Positions 49,679 to 64,000 of a DNA stretch of 64,000 bases are shown one piece after another. Made by a program: the position numbers and the translations under genes. The DNA is taken from NCBI RefSeq assembly GCF_009914755.1, contig NC_060942.1. The stretch is one strand, 5' to 3'. Under the pieces are notes generated by a model. It did no database searches. It worked only from the letters and a program-made list of their open reading frames with translations, and was not told the DNA's origin. This DNA comes from the human T2T-CHM13v2.0 reference genome, Homo sapiens. Each line of letters starts with the position of its first letter. Within the stretch, counting starts at the first letter, position 1.

Positions 49679-50220
49679 GTATCTGACAAAAGAAATTTTG
49701 CAGCTGTGATTAAGGTTACTAATCAGTTGACTTTGAGCTAATCAAAAAGAGAGTTTATCTGGAAGTGCACAATCTAATCACATGAGCCCATTAAAACCAG
49801 AGAACTTTCTCCAGCTGGTGGCAGTGGGGAAAGTCAAAGAGAACAGAAACACTAGAAGGACAAGACACATAGTTGTTAGCTGGAAGATGGAGGGGATCAT
49901 GAGCAAGGATGGAACAGCCTCTGGAAACCGATAGTAACACCAGTCAACAGTCAGCCTGGAAATGCAGATTTAGTTTTCCAAGTGCAAGGGACTGAATGCC
50001 AACAACCTAAATGAACTTGGAAAGAGACACTTCCTCAGAGGCTTCAGATGATAGTCCAGTCTGGCCAACACCTTGATTTTGGCCTTGTTGGGAGTTAAGC
50101 AGAGAGCACATTGAGCCCACTCAGACATTTTGACCTAAAAAAACCGTGAGAATAAAAGGATGTTGTCTTTAGCCATTAAATGTATGGCCATTGGTTCCAC
50201 AGCGATAGAAAATGAATATA
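49679..50220 (+). mobile_element. MLT1 (MLT1E-like) 3' part
   Basis: gattaaggttactaatcagttgactttgagctaatcaaaa..ccaacaccttgattttggcc..cagcgatagaaaatgaatata are typical MLT1 motifs and end. Confidence 0.75.
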
Positions 50221-50347
50221 GGACTCTCAGAAAAGTTTGAGTACAAGACCTAAACTTTGTCTACATGCTGTATAAATCACCTAGAAAGAAGGTCTTTGTT
50301 ATTTTTCTTTAAATTATAATGGAAAAATTTAAATCCCATTTATTATC

Positions 50348-50381
<34 letters not shown>
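50348..50381. repeat. Compound (TG)n(AG)n microsatellite
   Basis: tgtgtg...gagagaga run. Confidence 0.9.
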
Positions 50382-50789
50382 TTGTAAAGCAAATCAGAAG
50401 TTTTTTAAATTGTGACTGTGGGGACAATCTATATTAGCATCATCTGGGGGGCTAATTAGAAATGTCGCTTTGTGTCCCATAGAGGCCTATTGAATTAAAT
50501 GCTATGGCATGTGGGGCCCAAGCATCTGCATCACTAAATCCCCAAGATTCTAAAGAACCAACATTTGATAACAAACTGACCTAGAAACCTCTCTCTCTCT
50601 CTCTCTCTCCAGCAGCCCTGGCTTCCTTCAAAGCGGTGTTTTATTCCTCAGAACCAAGATGGATAAGGATCCACACTCTAGTGGATCCTCTCCACTCCTC
50701 CATTCCCTCCACAACCCTCCCATAGAGACTAAGTTCTGGGGGGCAGTATCAGAACACAGTGCTGGGGACAGTACTGGTGAGCCCTTGAG

Positions 50790-51030
50790 TGTGAACTCAG
50801 GAGTCAGAATGCCAGAACTTTGAATCCCAGCTCTGCTGCTGAGCTAGTTGGATGCTCCTGGGCAAGTTACCTAAGTGCTCTGTGCCTTATTTCTTCCATG
50901 TGTAAAATGAGGATGATAAATTACCTACTTTATAGAGTTGTGGAGATTAAATTAGTGAATACCATTCAAGCTCTTACAAATACCTGACACATAGGAAGCC
51001 CTCAATGAGTGTGAAGAGAATATTATTAAT
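50790..51030 (+). mobile_element. MIR
   Basis: tgaatcccagctctgc..gggcaagttac..tgtaaaatgaggatgataa MIR core. Confidence 0.7.
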
Positions 51031-51814
51031 ACTTGTTCTCTTGGCTTCCTGACAAAATCCATTTATCTCTATGTCAGATGCTACATAAAATATTCCAACT
51101 GCATGCTCAGAGTCAGACTTAAATCACCAAAATCCAGTTAACTTATGTCACAATAAACTAACCTGCTGAATTGAATGTTATGTCAATTTTTAAGCAATTG
51201 TGATTAATCATAATTTTGGGGCATCATTTATCAGCAAAAAAAATAATGTTCTTAGAATTGTGCCACAGCACTCTCTATTATGTGCCTGAACAAATTAGCT
51301 AGAGCTTTATATAATGGGCAGAGATATTTGTTGTTTTCCTATAGAGAAACCTGAACACTCATTGAATTTTTACAAATGAATAATCGGATTTATTTTAACA
51401 TGATAACGTTACCATACATAATTACTTTGGATAATCCTCTTTGTAATTGTAATGCCATCAGTGAGATATCAGTTTCTTGGGGTTTTGTTTGCTTGCTTTT
51501 CCCATGACCCAAGGAGGAAATGCTCCCAAGAAAACTCTATCTAAATAAATGTGGCAGCTGGATTAAAGAAACTTGGTCCTCTTGGTGATAAGATTATTAC
51601 GAGTATGCTCACTTGTGTTTCTTTGCTCTTTCATGTCTTCTGTTCATTCATACATTTTAAAATGTACATTGACATACTATGTGCTGTGTTAAGAAATGAT
51701 GACAGACAAGACAGACACAGGTCCTACCCTCATAGAAATTTTAAAAATATAAGAGCTGTATTTGTTGCAAGTTTACAAGTCCAGGCACTGTGCTAGGCAC
51801 TTAAAATAGATTGT

Positions 51815-52107
51815 CTTTTTATTTTTTTATTTTTGAGATGGAGTCTCACTCTGTCACTGAGGCTGGAGTGCAGTGGTGAAATCTTGGCTCACTGCAACCT
51901 CTGCCTCCTGGGTTCAAGTGATTCTCCTGCCTCAGCCTTCTGAGTAGCTGGGATTACAGGCATGCACCACCATGCCCGTTGTATTTTTAGTAGAGAGGGG
52001 GTTTTGCCATGTTGGCCAGGCTGGTCTTGAACTCCTGACCTCAGGTGACCTGCCCGCCTCAGCCTCCCAAAGTGCTAGGATTAAGGCGTGAGCCACTGCG
52101 CCCGGCC
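51815..52107 (-). mobile_element. AluS
   Basis: Antisense dimer; flanking agattgtct repeats. Confidence 0.9.
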
Positions 52108-52740
52108 AGATTGTCTCTTTTATTTCTCACAGGCATGTAGCTCCATCTTATACATGAGGCCATTGAGACTCTGAAGTTAAAAAACTTGTTCAATATTGCA
52201 CAGCTACAAGGAAATAGAATTAGGATCCAAATCTGACTTTAAACCCACCTTCCTAACTACAGTCCTGCCATCTCTTTTTGCAATTACTTCTCAATATCAA
52301 AACATCTATTCTTTTAGGTCGATTGCTCTATGCACCACACACAAAAATTCCTTAACTTTGACCTTGTCAGGCAGCCAGATCCCAAATATGACCCAATCTT
52401 GTGTGTCTAACCCAAGCCCCTCTTCTCAGCATGTCTTACTCCCTAACCCACTCACTTCTTCAGCCTCAAACACTACATCATACACTCCCCCTTCCCCTGC
52501 AACTATCAAGTTCTTTTGTATGTTCATCTAATGTTTCAAACTAGATTGTAAGTTCCAAGTTAGACTATAAAATTTCCTCAAATACCTATATTTTTTCTCT
52601 CATCTTAGCCACTGAAGTTGGGCAGACAGTTAGGTGCTCAATAAGTTACCATTGTCTTTTTCATTGCTAACTTAGTTCTATGATCCTAATAACCACAATA
52701 GGTTCATAGAAAAGGCAGGTGGTCTTTAGGAATTAATAAA

Positions 52741-53025
52741 GGCTGGGCTCAGTGGGTCACACCTATAATCCTTCCACTTGGGGAGATTGAGGCAGGAGGA
52801 CTGCTTGAGGCCAGGAGTTTGAGACCAGCTTGGGCAACATAGTGAGACCCCCATCCCTACAGAATAAATAAATAAATTAGCTGAGTGTGGTTGTGCACAC
52901 CTGTGGTCCCAGCTACTCTGGAGGTTGAGATAAGAGGATCCCTTGAGCCCAGGAGTTTGAGGCTGCAGTGAACTATGATCATGTCACTGCACTCCAGCCT
53001 GGGCGACAGAGTGACAACCTGTCTC

Positions 53026-53068
<43 letters not shown>

Positions 53069-53070
53069 AT
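52741..53070 (+). mobile_element. AluJ with (TAAA)n tail
   Basis: Sense dimer; TAAA tandem repeat at 53026-53070. Confidence 0.88.
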
Positions 53071-55210
53071 ATTTTTAAAAAGAAGAATCAGTAAAGAAAA
53101 CGTCCTTTCTCGGCTGCCTCCCCTCTCCTCCAATTAATCACTGCCATGTTCAGAACACTGCCTACATCTACTGCTATAGACTTTGCATGACCGGTTTTGC
53201 AGTGAGCACACAATCCTGGTTTACATAATGTAGACCGGGTTTGCATCTCTATCTTAAGCCTTTGGGACAAGGCCAAAGAGATCACTGGAGCACCCACTTA
53301 GCCTGAAATTGAAGGATAGGAACTCAAGAGTCTCTCATTGGTTGTCTCCTGCTCTGAAAATACACAGACCTCTGTATTAGCCCTTTGCCACTTAACACTT
53401 ACAGCCTTGAGATGTCATTTTTCATAGCTGTGTATTCTACAGGCTTCTGAGCAGTGACGTGGCCTAGCCCAGTGACACGGAACAAGTGCTCTCTAAGTGA
53501 CTGTTGACTGGCCCTTGATTTACTGAGGGAATTTTTGCTGGGGCCTCTTGTGTGGAAGCTGCTAGAACTTCCCAAGGTGTTGATAGCCACTGGCTCCTCA
53601 AAGAGGTTCAGGGCAGCCGGGAAGTATTTCTCACTTTTGAATGTCTTGGCTGAACTCTTGACTTCCATGCTCCATCTTCCCCACTGCTTCCCTTCTGGAG
53701 TATCAAATGCCATGTGGTTGTAGTCATGACATTGTAAAATTGCCCTGCTAGCTCATGGGAGGAGAAAAGTCTTGAGACAGAGAAAAATTTGATGGGATTT
53801 TATTCACTCTGAATCCATCTCTGCATGACTGTCTATGTCCTAATCTCAGCTAGGAGATCTTGCATTTCTTTTCCTTCTGGAGATGGGGAATAGGAGCAAG
53901 CTGAAAGATTCTCTGTGGCTTTAGTTGGGAAGAGCTGGAGTGGATGAGAGCTGTCCTCTCAAAGACAACCTCCTTAGGAGACCTCTGGGAGCCACTTTCC
54001 ACTGGGACACTAAATGGGAGCTAAAAGGTTGTCATTTTCCCACCCTCTCACCTCTGTCAAGGCCGTCCCAGGTCCTGTGCAGACTGCATTAGGGATGATG
54101 TAAAATCAATACCCCCACACCTCACTTTACCCTCCACTCTCACATAGAAGATGATAAAGCATGTCTCTGTGCCATTGGGAAGGACCTCACCATAAGTTTT
54201 CTTTTCTCATCTGCCTCTCCATTCCTCAGATACTCTGTTTATGTGCTATTTATGTCCACTCTTATGGAAGAGGATTGCAAGTAATCACACAGGAGGGAGA
54301 TTAGAATTCCTGGACCATTGGCTTAATATTCCAGAACACCATAATTCTGTTATCATGAGCGTTTACTAGATTTTCATTCCTCGTCATAGTTTACTCTATC
54401 TTAAAGGAATATTCTGTATTTCTTCACTCTGGGTTCTCGTAGATTTGGATTCCTTGAACAGCTTGAACTACTTCTTAACCACATATTTCCTCATTTGGAA
54501 AATATGAATGAAGGCTGCTTTAACCCTTTGTATTATATATTAACTCTTTTTACACATCTCTGGTGTAATCCTGGGGATTTTCCTTGGACTTCTGCAGTTG
54601 GTGGTGATTATTCCATGAGGAGAACAGAGCTGGGTCTCTGAGGTTCCTTTCCTTCCTTATCTCTCTGTAATTAAAGTTGTTGCCTCTGAGGAGCTCCTGG
54701 GAATTATATTTAACAGTTTGACCTCCCAATCAAATGGTCAGACAGGACATTAGGTCATACTCTTAATCATCCTCAGAATAAAAACTTGTTGAAAATGTAA
54801 TGGAGATCACTATCCAATCTATTTGATGTACTTTTCTAGGTAAACCAAGCAAGCAAAATTATGCAACAGGCCATCAAGAAGCAATAGTCTGAAATTTTAA
54901 GTGAGAAAAAAACCTTGGACACAATATAAATGAAATGTCATTTTTTTTTTAAAGAATGCCCCCAGTTGAGTAATTCCAAGTATATGCATCATTCTGTGGT
55001 GAATGTGAACTCTGACTGCAGGACAAGGCTGGTGACACATGGGTTACTTAATGGTGAATAAATCTGTTGAAATAAAAAAATGCTTCCAGCACTAAAGTGT
55101 GTGTTCATATTTTGACCATATGTCTAAAATGCATATTTACTTAAAACCAACATGGACAGGCTGAATAACTCAAGAGTTACGATAATCTAAGAATCATCAC
55201 TAGCCAAGCC

Positions 55211-55576
<366 letters not shown>

Positions 55577-55964
55577 CTAAGTGAGGGTTGCTGAGCCCTA
55601 GGTGCTCTGGAGCTTTCTTCCCCATCAGATACGGAAAATATTCACAGTCACCCTCTAGGCACATTTCTGAGTCCTATAACTGCTCACTATGGGACTAGAG
55701 GGCAAAGATAAGAGCCATGACTCCTTTTTTGTATAGGGAGATTGAGTCTATTTTTTTTTTTTTTTTTTTAGCAAATGCTGATTGCTCTTCCCTTTCTCTC
55801 ATCTTCCCATTTTTTTTTCCTCCAACAAAATTCTAAAATATAGATGGGCAGAGGGTCAGAAAAAAGTGAGGCAATTTCTTTCTGATGGCTAAAAGCTTTA
55901 GCTCTAATTCTCTTTTTGCACAGATTTTTTTTTCTAGCAAAAGCAACAGTGATAGTTGCTGTTT

Positions 55965-57890
55965 ATTATTTTTAGACTTTATTTTTAGAGCAGTTTTTGG
56001 TTAAAGCAAAATTGAATGGAAAGTACAGAGTTCTCATATACTTCTGCCTTCACATATGCACAGCCTCCCCAACCATCAACATCTCTCACCAGAGTGGTAC
56101 ATTTGTTATAATCGGTGAACCTAATTGACACATCATTATTGCCCAAGTCTGTAATCTCCATTGGGATTCCCTTTTGGCATTGTATATACTATGGGTTTGG
56201 ACAAATATATCATGGCATGTATCTCCCATTATAGTATTCCAAAGAATAGCTTCACTACCCTAAAAATATCCTGTGCTTTGCCTATGTATCCTCCCCTTTC
56301 CCCAACCCCCAGAAACCATGGATCTTTTTATTGTCTTCACAGTTTTGCCTTTTCTAGAATATCATATACTAGAAATCATGCAGTATGTAATCTTTTCAGA
56401 CTGACTTCTCTTACTTAGTGGTATGTACTTAAGTTGCTTCCAAGTCTTTGATGGCTTGATAGCTCATTTCATTTTAGCACTGAATAATATTCCATTGTCT
56501 GGATGGACAACAGTTTATCCAGCCACCTATATCTTAGGTGTTTCCAAGTTTTGATAATTATGAATAAATCTGCTATAAACATCCATGTGCAGGTTTTTGT
56601 GTGGACCTATGTTTTCAACTTATTTGGATAAATACTGAGGAAATAAGTTGCTGGATTATATGGTAAGACTATGTTTAGTTTTGTAAGAAACTGCCACACT
56701 TTCTTCCAAAATGGCTGTACCATTTTGCATTCCCATCTGCAATGAATCAGAGTTCTTATTGCCCTAAATCCTTTCCATAATAAGCGTTTTGGATTTGGGC
56801 CATTCTAATAAGTGTGTAGTGGTATCTCATTGTTGTTTTAATTTGCATTTCTTAGATTAAATATGATATGGAACATCTTTTCATATGCTTGCTTACCATA
56901 TATATACATCTTATTTGGTGAGGTGTCTAAGGTCTTTGGTGCATTTTTTAACTGGGTTGTTTTCTTATTAAGTTTTGAGAGTTCTTTGTATATTTTGGAT
57001 AACAATCCTTTATCAGATGTGTCTTCTGCAAATATTTTCTCCCAGTCTGTGGCTTGTCTTCTAATTCTCTTGACAGTGTCTTTTGCAGAGCAGAAATTTT
57101 TAATTTTAATAAAGTCATTTTATTATTTCTTTCATGGAGTGTACCTTTGGTGTTGTATCTAAAACATCATCACCATACCCAAGGTTATCTAGATTTTCTC
57201 TTATGTTATCTTTTAGGAGTTTTATAGTTTTGCATTTCACATTTAGGTTTATGATCCATTTTGTGTTAAATTTTGTGAAAAATGTAAGATTTGTGTGTAA
57301 TTTTTTTGGCATACGGAGGTCTAATTGTTCTAGCACCATTTGCTGAAAAGACTGTCTTTTCTCCTTTGTATTGTCTTTACTCTTTTGCTATAAATCAGTC
57401 GACTACATTTGTGTGGGTCTACTTCTGGGCTCTCTGTTCTGTTCCATTAATCTACTTATCTGCTCCTTTACTAATACCACACTGTTTTGATTTCTGTGGC
57501 TTTATAGTAAGTTTTAAGAGTTGGGTAATGTCAGTCCTCCAACTTTCTCCTTCTACTTCAGTATTGAGTGGGCTATTTGGGGTCTCTTGCCCCTGTATAA
57601 ACTTTGAAATCAGTTTGTCAATATCCACAAAATAACTCACTGAGGTTTTGATTGGGATTGCATTGAATCTATAGATGAAGATAGGAAGAACCAACATCTT
57701 GGCAATATTGAGTCTTTCTATCCATGAACATGGATTGTCTCTTCATTTAACTAGGTCTTTGATTTTTTCCCAGAAGTTTTGTAATTTTCTTCATATAAAT
57801 CTTACATATATTTTGTTAGCTTTATACCTAAGTATTTCATTTTTAAGGGGTGATAATTCTAAATTCCTGAGGTGCTAATGTAAATTGTAA
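55965..57890 (-). mobile_element. Old L1 (L1MC-like): 3'UTR and ORF2 C-terminal fragment
   Basis: Minus-strand translation LPIFIYRFNAIPIK..DKLISKFI matches L1 ORF2. L1M-type 3'UTR at 55980-56450. Confidence 0.88.
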
Positions 57891-57896
57891 AATGTA

Positions 57897-58203
<307 letters not shown>

Positions 58204-60332
58204 GGTAAGATGTATTGTGCTTTTACAGATTGTGTTTTTACTCATTCAACTTTTACTGCAAGGCACCACTATATATGAAAAGGAGTTTGGAAAGCTATCT
58301 TGCTGCTCATGTTGTCATCATTGACATCATCGGGCATTCAACTTTTCAACTTTCTTCTAACAGATTAATTCATATTTTAATAAAGTAATTTGTATTTTAA
58401 TAATTAGGGCAGGTACAGAAAATTAGAATTTCTAGTTTGGAGAAAGACTTAATCTCTTCCAATCACATCTCTGATTTGTAGCTTGAATACGCTTATAAGT
58501 GGTCATTTAGCATTTATTTAGATACCTCCACATACAGGAAATTCACCATCCATGATCTGAGCCCACCATTAAAAAAAATACCTCTTATTGTTGAAAAAGT
58601 CTTTGTTGAAATAAATCAAAACCTTGCTTCTTATCACAACCTCTCCTTGACCCACGTTGTATAACTTAATCTCTTTTTCTTGTAATAGCCCTTAGAATAA
58701 AGACAATTATCATGTATTCTGAAGTGATTTTGTTCAAGGTGGCCATGTTCAGTTTCTTCAAACACATATGGATTTTTTCATATGAACATCACATAGGGTG
58801 TTCTTCAAACACATCCCCTCACCATTCTGGACACTTTCCTCAGAACAGTTTGTCTAGATGTCTCTTAAGTTGTCATGCAAAAAAACAAAAAAACAAAAAA
58901 CAAAAAAACACCTGATTATGCTTCTGTTAGGCTACGATCATTATCTCTGTGTCATCTTCATTTCACACGAGAACACTAAGACTACCTAGTAAGTGTCTTA
59001 TCCAAGGTGTTAAGCTAGACTTTGAACTAGGATCTCTGTTTCACTTAGCAGAGAAAAAGAACCCCCTGCATTTTAACACTGGTCTGTATTTCTTGGTATG
59101 ACATACAAATCTGGCCAGAGACCCCATTTCGCATTGAGGCAGTATAACGTGAGCTTCTACTGGTTTCCATGTAAGTGGAATAGTGGTAAAGGGCTGAGCC
59201 AAAAAGGCTTTCTGGGAATGTCAGTTGGTTAAGAACTTGGGACAAGAGAGTCTCACAGTTACCTGCTTGAGGGTTTGAGTCCCCTCACTACCCCCTCCTT
59301 CCTTCTTTCCTTTTTCCTTCTTTACTCCCTCCTTTCTTTCTTTTCTTTCATCTCTCTCTCTTTCCCTCTTTCCTGGGCACTGGTACATATTGTAATGTTA
59401 GTCATTTCTTCCATAAGACAGTCTATTTGTGACTCACCTCCCTTCTATGATGACCACATCAAGTAAGTGCTATTGCCATCGGCCACCAATAAGGAGACTG
59501 GAATTTGAAAAAATGCTCATACATAATTGAATATTCAGCATGGCCAGTTCAAACTTATTTTTAGCTACAAGTGATATAACAAGGAAATCATTCTTTCTGG
59601 AGTATCTGAACACAAAAAGGTTTAGAAAGAAATGATAAACTTTAGAATTTCTTGAATCACAAATTGCTCAAAGCAAAATAAATAATTCATTTTAAGAAAT
59701 AAGTAAATGCCACCTGGCACTTTTAAGATACTCAAAAAAGAAAACAATCTTTGTGTCATAACTCCTGAAAGAATTGAGTCGTAATAATAGAGCCATCCTA
59801 TAATGGCTGCAGTTCTGATAGACTTATGACTCAGAGTCTAGGAGACCCAGCTCAAGAGAAGGTTTTGCTTGACCTGAGAAGAACCTGCTTTCTCAGGTGG
59901 CCAAGAAGGATAAAGGACACTCAAGCTGTAACTATCCTGATTGTTCACATTGCCCACCTAGACTGGAAGAAAATATCTGGGCCAATAAAAGCCTGGTTTT
60001 CTCTTTTACCTATTCATTCATTCACTCATTCATTCAACAAATAATTTTTGAACATCCACTCATCTATCTTTATCATTTATGAGTTGTATAGACAAGATAC
60101 TTAAGGCCAGGCGTGGTGGCTCACGCCTGTAATCCCAGCAGTTTGACACTTATTCAAGTTACTGTGCCTCAGTTTCCTTATCTGGAAAACATGGATAAGA
60201 TTTCTTCCTAGGGTAGTTGTAACCTTTGTATAAGTGAATTGTATAAAGTCCTTCACACAGTGCCTGGCACCTAGGAAGCACTCAACTATTAGCTTTTATG
60301 ATTATTACCGTGTCCCAGACAATAATCATATA

Positions 60333-60410
60333 TTAGGTTGGTGCAAAAGAAATCAGTTTTTGCCATTACTTTCTATGGCAAAAACTGTAATTACTTTTGC
60401 ACCAACCTAA
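60333..60410. mobile_element. MADE1 (Hsmar1-derived MITE)
   Basis: TTAGGTTGGTGCAAAAG...CTTTTGCACCAACCTAA palindrome with TA on both sides (60331-60332, 60411-60412). Confidence 0.93.
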
Positions 60411-61983
60411 TAGTAATAAGATATATTGGACAGTTTCCAATAGACAGTTTCCAATATATCTTATTACGTATCTCCCTGTTTGAATAAACATGGGAATGTA
60501 ACCACTCTCTGCTCTTGTGATCACCTCTCAGTATATCAGAGTTTCGTGGCTAGAATAGATCAGAGAAGTCATCTTGTACAAATCCTTTATTTTATAAATG
60601 AGAAAAATGAGGCCCAGTGATAGAAGGTGACTTGCTCATGGTTACAGTGAGTAGGAGACCCAGGACTGGAAGTCATGTCTCCCAACTCCCAGCTCAGTGG
60701 TTCTCCAGTTCCCTTTGCTTCCTCAATTACTGCATCTGCTGTGGCATTTGTTTACATCGTACCACATCCCCTTATCACTAGGCATGAGAATAGGTCATTG
60801 AGGACATCCTGTTCTAGTTCTGAGTGCCCTTGTCCCTTTCTCTATATTCTTGCTTTAGAGAATGAAACTAGGAACTACACTTGCTACAGACAATAAATAA
60901 TAATAATTTTTCACACGCACACACCCCCACACTTGTTTCAAATACATAATTTTATTAATAAAATAGATTACAATCCTTATTAATTTTTAATGAGCATTCA
61001 ATATGGGTCAGGCCCTGAGCTAAACACTTTCCATGCATTGTCTCTTTAAGAAAGGGCAAGGAGCTTACTTTCTGGATCAGGGTCCATTGCCACAGGTGGA
61101 GAAACGTGCTCTAAGAAAGTTGATTTACTGGGAGAAGTTCTTTTATCTCAAACACTTCAAATGTATTCAGTTGGTCCTGTCCCAAAGATGCAACCATCTG
61201 AGCCAGTATGTTAAACAAAAGTAACACAGATTCCTTTTAATGACTGAACAAAAGACTCTTGTAAATTGCTGAGACTATGATCAATTCCTTATAGTTATCT
61301 GGACTCACCTTGAAAATCACTGACATAAAATATTACTGTTCTCCAATAATGTCTTTCAATGCTAATTATCACTACAAAAGAGAAACTTCATAGCTAGTAC
61401 ACCCCAGTTTCAGAAATTCTTCTAAGCTTTAAACTATCCCAGAAGGCTGCCCATTTCTCCACAAGCCTTTAGCACCCAGGTTTAGGGGAAATGCTCTGTC
61501 TTTTAAGAAATTTGAAGGTTCTTCTCAGGGGTCCATTGTGCAGTGACCCATGAGAGGGAACTTCACTCATTGCAATCACGTTCTTGAGATGACTGTCAGC
61601 AAGATTCTAGCACATTCCAGCACACCACTTTGAAATTGTAACTTCTCAAATACTTTCTAAGTGAATTGAATGTTTTCAGATATTCTTGAATACATTAGAA
61701 TATGCTTCAGATCTGATGTGATGATTATATTTGTTTTCAGGTTGTTAACAGAGGAGGGGGAGACTCTTTCCTACTCTACCCAAAGGAAAAGCATAGAGTT
61801 TATATCATTAAAAGAGTATGTGGAAGCTTATTCTACAGAAGGTAGATACCATCCTTTGCTGTTGCAAATAACCTACTAAAACTACTGTCATCCTACACAA
61901 ATGTCTTCTTCAGGCTATAATAGGATGCCATTTCAGTTTAGTAGCATAGTAAAAATTTATTCTATCAGTTGCTTTATTTGAAT

Positions 61984-62314
61984 CATGAGTCAGCAAACCT
62001 TTTCTTCAAAGGGACAAATGGTAAATATTTTAGGCCTTGGGGCCCTTATGGTCTTTGTTGCAACTGTTTAACCCTGCCAATATAGTCCAAAACAACCACA
62101 GACAACTCATAAACAAATAAGTATAGCTGTCCATATTCCAATAAAACTTTTGATGGACACTGAAATTTGAGTTTCATATAATTTCCATGGGTCATGAAAT
62201 ATTATACTACTCTTGATTTTTCCCATTTAAAATATGCAAAAACCATTCTTAGCTCATGGGCCATATGAAAACAGGGCCGGAGTTGGCCCATAGGTCATAT
62301 TTTGTCAACCCTTG
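61984..62314. mobile_element. MER58B-like hAT element
   Basis: gtcagcaaactttt..gtaaatattttaggc..ccaataaaacttt..tttgtcaacccttg. Confidence 0.75.
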
Positions 62315-62469
62315 GTCTAAATGATTGCAATAGAATAGTTGGCTGATTCATAGAATATTTTCACTAATTGATTTATTCTTAATTTTTAAGATATTTTAGA
62401 GTCCCAATAGGATGTTGATGCAGATAATTTTAAGCTTACGTAATTTTGGCTGTTTACACTGTAAGTCAT

Positions 62470-62935
62470 TCTAACAGTTAATTTTATGTGCCAACTTGGC
62501 TAGGCCACAGTACCCAGATATTTGGTCAAACACTAGTCTAGATATTCCTGAGAAGCTATTTTTTAGATGAGATTAACATTTGTATCAGCAGACTTTGAGT
62601 AAAGTAGATTACCTTCCATTATATGGGTGGGTCTCATCCTATCAGTTGAAGACCTTAATAGGAAAAAGACTGACCTCCCCTCAAACAGAGAAAATTCCAT
62701 CAGCAGACTGTCTTTGGACCCAAGCTACAACATCAAGTCTTCCCTGGATCTCCAGCCTACCAGACTACCCTGCAGATTGTGGATTTGTCAGCCTGTACAG
62801 TTGTGTGAGATAGTTCTTTAAAATCAGTATTTTTCTGTGTCTCTCTGTCTCCATCTCTCTCTCTCTGCATTTCCCACCTCGTCCTCTCATTACATACGCT
62901 ATTGTTCGTTTCTCTGGAGAATCACGACTAACATA
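62470..62935 (+). mobile_element. MLT2 (ERVL) LTR
   Basis: gttaattttatgtgccaacttggctaggcca..gatgagattaacattt..tctctggagaatcacgactaacata. Confidence 0.8.
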
Positions 62936-62962
62936 TTCTACCTGTTGTGATCTTTAAGGACT

Positions 62963-63181
62963 ATTTTTGTTTTAAACAAAAGTCCTTCCAGGGTCTCATT
63001 CTGTAACCCAGGCTAGAGGGCAGTGGTGCAGTCACCATGCCCATCTAAATTTTTTCATATTTGTAGAGATAGGGTGTCACTATGTTGCCCAAGCTGGTCT
63101 TGAACCCCTGGCCTCCAGTGATTCTCCCACCTCAGCCTCCCAAAGTGCTGGAATTACAGGCCTGAGCTGCTGTACCCAGCC
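62963..63181 (-). mobile_element. Internally deleted AluJ-like element
   Basis: The right arm jumps from cagtggtgcagt to caccatgccc; the left arm is intact. Confidence 0.75.
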
Positions 63182-64000
63182 TTTCAGGACGATTTTTTGG
63201 ATGGCAGCATGATTATTCTCTTAGTACAGAAATTTTTACTTCAGTTATTGATTATATTCCTGCTCAAATCCCTTTATTGAAGTTTGAAATCCAGGTCAAT
63301 AAATTTATTGAATTTCGTGTCTTCAATATTTTTATAAGTTTAAACCAATAGTGCAGCTTTATTATACTCACAGGAAAACTCAAAACGGTTTTGAATCAGT
63401 ATGACCAATGCAATTCTTTTAGCTCATTAGTAAGCAACTGACACTTCTTTGTTGGCAGTACATCCTAGTCTTCTACTGCATTTTGAAATCAACACATTCT
63501 TTAATATACCAGATTTAAATATGTTACAGCTGAAGTCTGTCAACTTAAGCTCACTAATGTTCAGCAAACTAAAGTAATAGGCTTTGTTGCTTCTTTTAGT
63601 CTAATTTTGCTTTTCTTAAAATATGTTCTGTTGGCACTTAGCCTCTTTGTCCCATAAGCTGGTCCTTTAAAAATGAGTTTTACAGAAAAATAAGTTTTGC
63701 AAGCACTGAATGCTACAGGCCACTCCTGAAGATTTGTAATACATGTGGCATATTATAGATTTGAAAAGTTAGGTAGCAAAAGAACCTGTTTAAATTTATT
63801 GAATCTAATGTTTCCCAAATGTATTTGACCACATAATTTTTCTTTTTTTCCCCCCCCAACAACATCTACTGGAACACATTTTGGAAAATGCTAGTCTCAT
63901 AACTTTCTGTCCTCCTTAAGGGTCATAAAAGGCTAGAAACAATATGGCCTTAAGGACATGTAACAAATAAAGAAAAGCACAAATTACATTATGAAAGCAA

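Noticed and set aside
50666-50689. 9-bp inverted repeat aggatccac/gtggatcct
   Set aside because: Short enough to arise by chance in 64 kb, with no supporting context.

Overview
Primate (almost certainly human) genomic DNA. It covers the 5' end of CCBE1 (collagen and calcium-binding EGF domains 1) on the minus strand: coding exon 1 at 7854-7984 and exon 2 at 7271-7351, both inside a CpG island. Bases 1-7270 are CCBE1 intron 2. The remaining ~55 kb is repeat-rich upstream DNA with no other credible protein-coding gene; nearly all ORF-track entries are Alu, LTR, L1 or GC-rich artefacts. Notable content: a 5'-inverted (twin-primed) ACTB 3'UTR retrocopy with a 15-bp TSD; a tailless 5S rRNA retrocopy with TSD; a full-length solo LTR12 (ERV9) pointing toward CCBE1; a near-complete but decayed class I provirus (40341-49678; LTR-gag-pro-pol-env-LTR) whose env resembles EnvV (ERVV-1/2), nested in an MLT1 and carrying Alu and MADE1 insertions; two closely spaced inverted Alu pairs; and several small template-switch scars. 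I found no evidence for a new multi-gene system; the best leads are regulatory and evolutionary. Repeat subfamily names come from recalled consensus sequences, not a search, and repeat boundaries are approximate unless a TSD is given.
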